Source of the DNA: Planctomycetaceae bacterium SH139 | Lineage (GTDB): Bacteria; Planctomycetota; Planctomycetia; Pirellulales; Pirellulaceae | Assembly (NCBI GenBank): GCA_052161645.1 | Contig: CP197414.1 | Reading direction: 5' to 3' (one strand) | Length of the DNA stretch: 64,000 nucleotides | Shown here: positions 19,990 through 28,700 of the stretch, piece by piece | Position numbering within the stretch: the first letter of the stretch is position 1 | Layout: each line of letters begins with the position of its first letter | Made by a program: the position numbers and the translations under genes | The notes under the pieces: generated by a model | Told to the model about the DNA's origin: nothing | The model's input: the letters and a program-made list of their open reading frames with translations, nothing else | Databases searched by the model: none

Positions 19990-20889
19990 TTGAAGGACTT
20001 CGGTGTGCGGACGGCGATCACCAAAAAAAACGCTTGGCTCTGCCAACTCGCCTCAGCCATCATCTTTACGCTATTGGCGGCGGGCTGTACACAGGGCCCC
20101 TATCCGTTGGGCCCAGGTTTTCCCGCCGGCGGTCCCTGGGGCAACCCGCAAATGCCACCCGGTTACGCCGCTGGACAAGACGCTTTTTCAGCCGGCCAAG
20201 CACAAATTGCCGAATTACAGCGGCGAGTCGAGTTGCTCGACAAAGACAATCGTCAATTACAAACCCAGCTGGCGCAAAGCGAACAGCACGCACAAGTTTA
20301 CCGCGACGAGCTGGGCTTGCTAAGGAACCAACTGGCGGACACCGTGCAGCGCCTAGAAGAAGAACGACTGGCGGCTGCTCGCACGGCACAACAATTCGAG
20401 GGCCTGCAGGCTTCCACACGTTATCGCGGAGGTGCCACCTTGCAAGCCAACACCAACGCGCGGCAAATTGGCGAAGCGCTCAAGGCCAGTGGATTTCCCG
20501 TCAATTTCGAGGCCGATGCGGCTCGCGTGATATTGCCCGCTGACCAGTTGTTCCAGCCGGGCACCGCACAACTGCTTCCCCAAGCAGCCCGCCTGCTGAC
20601 TCCCTTGGCCAGTCAAATCACCCGCTTGGCTCCGCGGCAAAGACTAGCGGTGGAAAGCTACTGCGACGATGGCCCGATTCCCGGCGGAGTGTTCGCAAAT
20701 CCACAGCAAATGACAACCGCGCAAGCTAACGCCATCTCCCAACTGTTGGTCCAACAAGGGGGCGTGGCCAGTCAAGCCATCACGGTTGCCGGAAATGGGC
20801 AACTGAGTCCTCGGCAATCGAATCAAACGGCGGCCGGACGCGCCGCAAATCGACGCGTCGAAATTGTCATCTATCCAGATACGTTTTAA
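19990..20889 (+). CDS. OmpA-family lipoprotein with coiled-coil linker
   Basis: Lipobox LLAAGC. Coiled-coil (IAELQRRVELLDKDNRQLQTQLAQ). C-terminal OmpA-like AAGRAANRRVEIVIY. Confidence 0.75.
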   Translation: MKDFGVRTAITKKNAWLCQLASAIIFTLLAAGCTQGPYPLGPGFPAGGPWGNPQMPPGYAAGQDAFSAGQAQIAELQRRVELLDKDNRQLQTQLAQSEQHAQVYRDELGLLRNQLADTVQRLEEERLAAARTAQQFEGLQASTRYRGGATLQANTNARQIGEALKASGFPVNFEADAARVILPADQLFQPGTAQLLPQAARLLTPLASQITRLAPRQRLAVESYCDDGPIPGGVFANPQQMTTAQANAISQLLVQQGGVASQAITVAGNGQLSPRQSNQTAAGRAANRRVEIVIYPDTF

Positions 20890-20909
20890 CTGCCGCGTGC
20901 TCGCCTCCC

Positions 20910-22127
20910 ATGCATCGATTCTCACTTCTCCTGCTGCCTGCGATGCTAGCCGCAACCCTGCTGATCTCCAGTCGCGACCTTAGCGGCGATCAGCCAGCCG
21001 CCGAGGAGCCAGCCGCCGGATTCCTGATGCTTCGCGGCGATTACGCAGTGCTGAAGGGATCCGTCCGCCAAGAACCCGATCGCGTGATCCTCATCCAGCA
21101 CAACGGAGAAATTCGCTTTCCTCGCTCACGTGTCGCTTGCTGGGCAAATAACCTAGCCGGACTTTACCAGTTTCAAATCGACCACCTCCCAGCCAACGAT
21201 ATCTACGAACACTCGCGACTGGCGACATGGTGCCTCCGCCATAACTACTTGCCAGGCGCAGAGGCACAACTGCAAGCGATCACAAAACTTGATCCTAACT
21301 ACCCGCAACTGCCGTTGCTGAAGGCCGAGTTGGATTTAGTGCGGACCCAACTGGAGCGCCCAACGCAAAGCACAGCTGAACGGGACACGGCAGTCAGGCA
21401 AGTTGGACACACCTTGTCATTGCCTGCGCAAACAAGGACCGACCCAGGCACCTCCTCCGAATCGCCGCCTGTCAGCGAAAATTTAAGCTCGCGGCTAATT
21501 CGCGAATTCGCCGTGACCATTCAACCACTGCTGAATAATCGCTGTGCCACCGCCGCTTGCCATGGCAACGGCTCGCAAGCCGCTTTTCAATTTCGTTCCA
21601 ACAGCATCGGCGCGGCCCGTCCCTCGCAAGCCATCACGCTCGCTAACCTGGAAGAAGTTGTCAAATGGATCAACAGCGATCAACCACTCAACAGCCCCCT
21701 GCTGGTCCAAGCCCAACAGGCCCACGGCGGAACCTCCGAGGCACCGCTGGAGGGACGCACCAAAACAACAGAAAACCGCCTGCGGGATTGGATCGAACAA
21801 GTTGCCGCAGCCAGCACCAACCCGAACCGAGCAGCTGATAATTGGGCCGACCAATCGCTCCAGTCACCGACTCCCCTCGCACGAGCTGGTACTGGGCAAT
21901 CCGAGTCTGGGCAATCCGGTACTGGGCAATCCGGTACTGGGATAGCCGGTACTGGGATAGCCAGCACGACTAATGCGGCAAACTCGCAATCACCGCCACC
22001 GCAGACTCCCCGCTCAAGGCAAGCGACCACCGTCCCCGTGCGATTGCCTCGTCTCGACGATCCCTTTGATCCGCAACTCTTCAACCGCAAAATGCATCCG
22101 CACAAACGTGCTGACAAAGGCTCCTAA
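20910..22127 (+). CDS. Secreted hypothetical protein with possible cytochrome-c-like Cys motif and C-terminal Gly/Thr/Gln/Ser pentapeptide repeats
   Basis: Signal peptide MHRFSLLLLPAMLAATLL. LLNNRCATAACHG. TGQSESGQSGTGQSGTGIAGTGIAS encoded by a 15-nt tandem repeat. Confidence 0.6.
   Translation: MHRFSLLLLPAMLAATLLISSRDLSGDQPAAEEPAAGFLMLRGDYAVLKGSVRQEPDRVILIQHNGEIRFPRSRVACWANNLAGLYQFQIDHLPANDIYEHSRLATWCLRHNYLPGAEAQLQAITKLDPNYPQLPLLKAELDLVRTQLERPTQSTAERDTAVRQVGHTLSLPAQTRTDPGTSSESPPVSENLSSRLIREFAVTIQPLLNNRCATAACHGNGSQAAFQFRSNSIGAARPSQAITLANLEEVVKWINSDQPLNSPLLVQAQQAHGGTSEAPLEGRTKTTENRLRDWIEQVAAASTNPNRAADNWADQSLQSPTPLARAGTGQSESGQSGTGQSGTGIAGTGIASTTNAANSQSPPPQTPRSRQATTVPVRLPRLDDPFDPQLFNRKMHPHKRADKGS
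21889..21963. repeat. Tandem repeat of 15-bp unit ggtactgggcaatcc (5 copies, the last two ggtactgggatagcc), in-frame within CDS 20910..22127
   Basis: Directly visible in the sequence at 21889-21963. Confidence 0.85.
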
Positions 22128-22365
22128 TCGCCTAGCAACCCGCCAGTCTCTGGCATAACGTTTGCTAACTCTTGATTGCTTGACTGAGAAACCTACTCAC
22201 GTCAGCGAATGCGCTTAAGAGCAATTCTTTAGCTCAACCAATTACATTTGAAGCAACGCCCCGCCGGATCGGATTCGGCTCCAAGTAACTTCCTACAAAA
22301 CTTCAAATCATAACTTATACACTGGAGAATGATGAAGCGACGCCACACATTAAATCGGCAACCCA

Positions 22366-24372
22366 CTAAGATCGCTGCTCAAACCGCAATAAATCCTGTC
22401 GCGTCAGCAAGCCCAACAGTTTCTTATTGCGAACCACTGGCAAACAACTGACATCATGTTGTTGCATCATGGCGCGGGCCATTCGCAAAGGTTCTTCCGG
22501 CGCAATGCAGATGGGCTCACGAACCATCGCCGCGGCGACCCGCAGTTCAGGATTGATCGGGCTGGCCTGCTCCAGATCGTCGCCGGAGGTCTGCTGCGTT
22601 CGCTGCTCGCCTGCCACGGGGCTGGCGATTTCGCTGGCAGATTCGCTCGCTGCGTTCAAGAAACGTTGCAAATCGGTCCAAGTGATAATCCCCAGCACCT
22701 CGCCCGATTCGTTCTCAACCGGCACGTGCCTGATGCTCCGCCACTGCATGATGCGAGCGACCAACTCTAATAAGTCCTCCTCGAAAACGGTAATAATGTC
22801 AGTCGTCATCAACATATCAACCCGCTCCTCAAGGATCGATGTTCCGGACAACGCTTGCAGTGGGCGAACTTTCCAATCGGCAACGACTTGACCTGAATTC
22901 TGCCGTTCCCAACAGGCGGCCGTAAGTGCGGTCTGACGTTCTAACAAATCAATCTTCGGGTCAGTCTCCCGCATCGTTAACTTCATCCACTTGGCCCCCG
23001 TCATACGCTTTACGACACGATGCTCAATGATCCCCAGATATTTGGTAATGTCCGCATCATCGAGCCCTTGACTCTCCAAACCGGCCTGGGCCATCGGCAA
23101 CAGGAAATCCAAAATCAATTGGCGAGCGTTAACGTTCTTGCCAAGCCAGGTTAATTCAACGTCGAGACCATGCTGGGCAGCTCGCAAAAAGTTCTCTTTG
23201 GCTTCTCGGAAATCCATCCGCTCCCAAAGATTGCAATAGTCTCCTGGCATTCCACACATTAAACCGATCCAAAAAGCCGCATTGGCAATCTCATCGGCAG
23301 TCGTCGGACCGGCGGGGAGGTAGCGATTCTCCAGCCTCAGATGTGCCACTTTGCCATCCGAGCCGAAGCAGGGACGGTTCCATTTCCAAATCGTCCCGTT
23401 GTGTAATGCCAATGATCGTAACTTAGGCACCTCGCCCCGCGCCAGTTGGGCGAGGCTATCTTCGGTCGCCGTGTTAAGAATTAGCGGATAACGCGCGATA
23501 TCCTCTTCGAAAATTTCCTGAATCCCGTGGCGAATCCAGCGGTTGCCAAAATAGACACGCGCTTGTCGTTGCCTCAAACCATGATCACGGGAACGAGTGT
23601 CAACACTTTGCTGGAACAGGGCGATCCGCGTCTCCGACCACAGTTCGCGTCCAAACAACAATGGTGAATTGGTGGCCAAGGAAAGGACCGGACCGGCAAT
23701 CGCTTGCGCCCAATTGTATTGGTCGACGAAGGCTGACGGATCGACTTGCAAATGAGTCTGAAAACTAGTGTTACAGGCTTCGAACAAAATGCTGTCGTGA
23801 CGTATCATCAAGTCGTCAACACCTTGGATAAACAGTTCCACGCAGTCGTGATTTCTAAGCTCGCGAATTCGCTGCTCCAACTGATGATAGCGCGACGAGG
23901 GAGTCATGAAACGAGCATCCATTTCCGACATGCCGACCGAGGGCAGAATACCGGTGAGAATAATCCGATTCCCATGCTTTTCCGCAGCCAGACGCGCTCG
24001 CAGCATGAGCGTGTCTAACTGCTGATGCAACGTCGATAAAGCGGCCCCCCGCAGCCGCACCGGATCGAGATTCAGTTCAAGTGTGTACAGTGCCAACTCG
24101 GTGGTAAAGTGCGGATCGTCTATTTCCGCGAGCACCTCAGTCCCTTGGCATGAGGGTCGAAAATTTGCATCGACGAGGCAAAACTCCTGCTCGGCACCAA
24201 TCCGCCGGATGCCACTTTCCAACATACCTCGCTGGGCCATTTCCTCGAGCGCCAACAGATCATCCAGTAGCCTGGCAGCCAACACGCGTCGTTGGCGTGC
24301 GGACGTTTGTTGCTCGATACAATGATCGCCCATTTGACAGCTCTCCAACGACGTTTCCAGTTCTGAAACCAC
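22366..24372 (-). CDS. Carboxylate-amine ligase / glutamate-cysteine ligase family 2 (GCS2) domain fused to a C-terminal CBS-domain pair
   Basis: N-terminal RIGAEQEFCLVD as in YbdK/GCS2. C-terminal two CBS-like segments (VPVENESGEVLGIITWTDL and VSCLPVVRNKKLLGLLTRQDL). Confidence 0.7.
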   Translation of the reverse strand: MVSELETSLESCQMGDHCIEQQTSARQRRVLAARLLDDLLALEEMAQRGMLESGIRRIGAEQEFCLVDANFRPSCQGTEVLAEIDDPHFTTELALYTLELNLDPVRLRGAALSTLHQQLDTLMLRARLAAEKHGNRIILTGILPSVGMSEMDARFMTPSSRYHQLEQRIRELRNHDCVELFIQGVDDLMIRHDSILFEACNTSFQTHLQVDPSAFVDQYNWAQAIAGPVLSLATNSPLLFGRELWSETRIALFQQSVDTRSRDHGLRQRQARVYFGNRWIRHGIQEIFEEDIARYPLILNTATEDSLAQLARGEVPKLRSLALHNGTIWKWNRPCFGSDGKVAHLRLENRYLPAGPTTADEIANAAFWIGLMCGMPGDYCNLWERMDFREAKENFLRAAQHGLDVELTWLGKNVNARQLILDFLLPMAQAGLESQGLDDADITKYLGIIEHRVVKRMTGAKWMKLTMRETDPKIDLLERQTALTAACWERQNSGQVVADWKVRPLQALSGTSILEERVDMLMTTDIITVFEEDLLELVARIMQWRSIRHVPVENESGEVLGIITWTDLQRFLNAASESASEIASPVAGEQRTQQTSGDDLEQASPINPELRVAAAMVREPICIAPEEPLRMARAMMQQHDVSCLPVVRNKKLLGLLTRQDLLRFEQRS

Positions 24373-24596
24373 TTGCCAGCTGATTGCTTTCGCAGTCGAA
24401 CAGCATACCAGCTACCAGTGGCACGCGTGAAAGTCGACCGACGGCCAATCTTGAATACCAAGAGCATCGACTACCAATAGCATTGACAACGGCTAGCATT
24501 ACGGCCTAGTTAGGTGTTCAATATCTGCTCAGTCCCGGCGCGGCGGATGCCTCGAGCAAGTCGTCAGCCCACCGCGGCGTCCCTGCCCTGAGAGCC

Positions 24597-25688
24597 TTGA
24601 TGAACGATCCACAAGAAAACAACCACAACGCGTTCCCCGAAGAAGCTATCGGTGATGACGAACACAATCGTCCGCAACCAGCCGACGAGCCGATAACTCA
24701 CGTCCGCTCTGAGGATCTGCTCGACCTCATGCGACAAACGATTCTGCGTTTGGAATCGGACCAACCGTCGCGGGGCGATGTGAAAATCCTCAGCCGGACG
24801 CTGCGTGAATTACGCTATGCCTTCAAGGTATTCCAGCCCTACCGGCGGCGGCGCAAATTGACCATTTTTGGTTCCGCACGAACCCCGGCCTCCGACCCCT
24901 CCTATCTGGCGGGCGCCGAACTGGGCCGCGCCATCGCCGAGCATGGCTGGATGGTAATTACGGGAGCCGGCGGGGGCATCATGGAAGCCGGCCATCGCGG
25001 TGCCGGGCTCGATTCATCGATGGGGCTGAACATTATGTTACCCTTTGAGCAACGAGCCAACGAGATTATCGATGGTGATCCCAAACTGGTGACGATGAAG
25101 TATTTTTTCACGCGAAAATTAATGTTCGTAAAAGAATGCTCAGCTGTGGCTTGTTTGCCAGGCGGGTTCGGCACCTTGGACGAAGCGATGGAGACGCTGA
25201 CTCTCCTCCAAACCGGCAAACAAACGATGCTGCCCGTGGTCTTCCTTGATGCTCCTGGTGGCAGCTATTACCGCGACCTCAGCCACTTTATTGATCGCCA
25301 TTTGCTCGAAGGGGGCATGATCAGCGCCGAAGATGTGCGACTCTATCGCGTCACCGATTCGGTAGACGAGGCGGTGCAAGAAATCCTCGGTTTCTATCGT
25401 GTCTTTCATAGCATGCGGTACGTCCGCAACCACTTAGTTCTGCGGCTCAAATCGCCACTTTCACCTCAATTGCTCGAAGAGGTAAACACCCGTTTCAACG
25501 ACATCTTGGTGGAAGGCAAGTTTGAGCAATCGACCGCTTTTCCGGAAGAAAAAGACGAAAGCGAGCTAGCTGAACTTCCGAGATTGGTCGGACATTTTGA
25601 TCGCCGCAGTCTCGGGCGGTTGAGAACGCTGATCGATTACATCAACGCGCCCGAGGATGGCGAAGATCCCGATTATCGCAATCTCTGA
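24597..25688 (+). CDS. LOG-family (TIGR00730) Rossmann-fold nucleotide-binding protein, long form
   Basis: LTIFGSARTP...GWMVITGAGGGIMEAGHRGA...CLPGGFGTLDE, the characteristic LOG PGGxGTxxE motif. Confidence 0.8.
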   Translation: MMNDPQENNHNAFPEEAIGDDEHNRPQPADEPITHVRSEDLLDLMRQTILRLESDQPSRGDVKILSRTLRELRYAFKVFQPYRRRRKLTIFGSARTPASDPSYLAGAELGRAIAEHGWMVITGAGGGIMEAGHRGAGLDSSMGLNIMLPFEQRANEIIDGDPKLVTMKYFFTRKLMFVKECSAVACLPGGFGTLDEAMETLTLLQTGKQTMLPVVFLDAPGGSYYRDLSHFIDRHLLEGGMISAEDVRLYRVTDSVDEAVQEILGFYRVFHSMRYVRNHLVLRLKSPLSPQLLEEVNTRFNDILVEGKFEQSTAFPEEKDESELAELPRLVGHFDRRSLGRLRTLIDYINAPEDGEDPDYRNL

Positions 25689-25706
25689 TCGATCGCCCGC
25701 AGCGCG

Positions 25707-28700
25707 CTATTCCCCTAACTCGGTCTTCAATCTTTCATATTGCACGACGACCTGCTCGATGGCCGTGCGGAGTCGCTCGACTTCGCGGCCCTGGCCCTGC
25801 GCCTCGGCGGCCAACGGACGCAGCCACTCCTGAATCAGATGGAATTGACCTCGGATCACGTCCAGCAACACGCGCGGTACCTTGTGCTGCACCAACACGC
25901 GACGTTCGGTTGAATCGCTGGCTGATTGCTCGACCAATTGGCGTAGCTGCCCGGCGGTATCTCGCACCGCGTCACCAAGTTGTGCTTGGTTTCCAGCCAA
26001 CACGCCGCTGAGACGCCCCAAATGTTCGGCAATCAATTCCTGAGTCGCCGAATCACCGCGCGCGGCAATGCCTTGTTGCAAGACTCGCCGAATCGACTCC
26101 AAGCCATCCCGCATCGCTTGCAATTGCCGCATCACTTGGCCAACGCTATCCGAAGCGTCGACGCCACCCATTCGCACACTCTCAACGTAGGCGTACTTGA
26201 TCGCTTCCCAACGCTCACTCTCAGCCGCCGTCAAGGTATCCATCAGCTCCTTAAACTTGAGCAGGTTGGCCTCGTTGTCGCCAGTCAAAGTCTGCGCATC
26301 CTGCTCATAATTGCTGAACAGCAGCGATCGCAATTCCCGCTCGTTCATCACGGGAACCACACGTTCGGCAATGCGATTCATATTCCGATAGCTACCCTGC
26401 AACTTAAAGGGCGGTTCCGTTCGATAGGCATCCGCCTGGGCGGCGCTGCGGATATACTGCCGGTTAACCTTCAAAACCGCGTCGCGGACAAGGATCAACT
26501 TCCGCATCACCTCAAACATCTCACTTGCTTGGTCCATCGACCAGGCACCGGCTAGCTTAATGTCATCAGGACTGTTCCTTTCCGCCGCCCGGATCAGCTG
26601 CCGGACATCGGCTGGGTCGCCAGCCGCCAGTGGTGCCAATGTTTGGTTTCCGGTGAGACAGTTCTCCAAGTAACTGGACTCAAACGCGTCGATCGCCGTG
26701 CCGATCGTTTCCCCTAAATTATAAGTGTCCGCTCGGTTGCTGAGCATATCGGGAATCTGGAAACGTTCGCCACTTTCCGTGTAAGGGTTACCAGCCATCA
26801 CCACGGCCAAACGTCGCCCGCGGAGATCATAGGTCCGCGTGCGACCTTTCCAGACTCCTTCGATCTTCCGCGTGGCATCACATAAGGAAATGAATTTTTG
26901 CAGCAACTCTGGATGGGTGTGCTGGATGTCATCCAAATATAACATCACGTTGTCACCCATCTCCAAAGCCATGTTAATCCGCATGACTTCTTCACGAGCT
27001 GCCGCGTTCGGCGCTTCATTCGGATCTAACGATTTGACATCATGGCCAATGGCCGGGCCATTGACTTTGACAAACACCAACCCCAGCCGATTGGCGATAT
27101 ACTCCATCAATGTCGTTTTGCCATAACCCGGAGGACTGACCAACAATAACAGTCCCATACGGTCAACTCGCTTGCCTTCTCCAGCCACGCCGATTTGCTT
27201 TGCCAGGTTGTCGCCAACCAGTGGTAGATAGACTTCATCAATTAAGCGATTTCTGACAAAACTGCTCAAGACACGTGGTTTAAACTCCTCGACTCGCATG
27301 TCATGACGAGCGGCTTCCAACAAATCATGTTTGGCCTGACGCAGGCGGTGATAACGGGGAACCACATCGCGTTGATAACGCCGCACCCGCCCCAATAGTT
27401 CATGGTAATGCACAGCCATCACACCCGACTGGATTCGCGAATGGGCTCCGGCCAGATCGGTTAATCGCTTACCCAACTCCGCATCGACAGCGTGCAATTC
27501 CCCGGCACCGCCCCTCAGAATCAGAAAAGCCAGTTCGTCGAGGTAACCGGCGGCGGGATCGGCGAGGTCATCAGACTGATATTCGTCCAGAAACGCGGCG
27601 GCCCAGTTGCGAGCCAACACCAGAGCGGCGAGGGTGCAACGATCGGGCCCGGCAATCGTTTGCTCCAACAATCCATCTCGGTCGTCGCCCGGCAAAGCGG
27701 CCAAAAATTGCTCATAGAGCCCCAAGCCTCGCCCGCTGACCACGGGGTTGGTCTCGCCAATCAATTCATCGAACAAATAATTAGCAACATCCGCCCACAA
27801 GATTGAATCAAATAGTTGTCCAAACTCTGTCGACTTGGCGGTTGCTTGTAGCTCGACCTCCAGGCGTCGACGAAACTCCAAGGCCGGTTGAGCCCGCGGG
27901 TAAGCCCGGGCCAAGTTGGCAAAACCACCGATCCACCGTTGCAACTCTGCTCTCAATGGTTTCTCGGAGAGAAAATCCCACCAAATACGCCCCGCCGCTC
28001 GCACCTCGGGAGAATATTTCAATAACCCAATGTGGCCGTGAATTGCCCACAAGGTGCTGAGAATTTTTGCCGCGTCTTCATCATGCACACCCTTGGCGTA
28101 GCCCTCGCTTAACCGCCGTCCCACCGCCTCACGAACCGCCGGCAACGCTTGCGACTGTCCGAGCCCCGCATCGAATAATTCAACGGCCAGATACTCAGCG
28201 CGATATACCTCCTGGTTCTCACTACTCAACTCTTGCGACCAGAGATCCTTAGCCGCAATCAAGTCAGGATGATCCAGCGGTTCAAAAAATTGAGTCCCCG
28301 TTAAGTGCAGGCACAGCACTCCATCCCGCAACACGGTGGTGAGATCAACCGTCTGCGTATTGACCGCGAAACGATGTTGCCCGAGCCGAATGGCCTCGCC
28401 ACCTTCCTCAAACAAGTCCTGACGATCCTTCAATTGCCGAATCGCGTCTTCGCGGATGGTTTTCAAGCGGCTGCGCAAATCCTCCACGCGCACCATATCG
28501 TCCAGGGCGGTCAATTGGTCCACGATACCACGAACCTTCTCGACCATTAGATCCGAGGCGAAGTAAGCATGAATTCCATCGAGCGATGCGATGCGGCGAA
28601 CCCGCGAGAGAATCCCGCCGAGAATGCGATCGGCCGCCGCACCCAACGTCTCGGCTCGTCGATTCCGCGCCTCAACCAATTGGACTTTGCGAGTTTCAAA

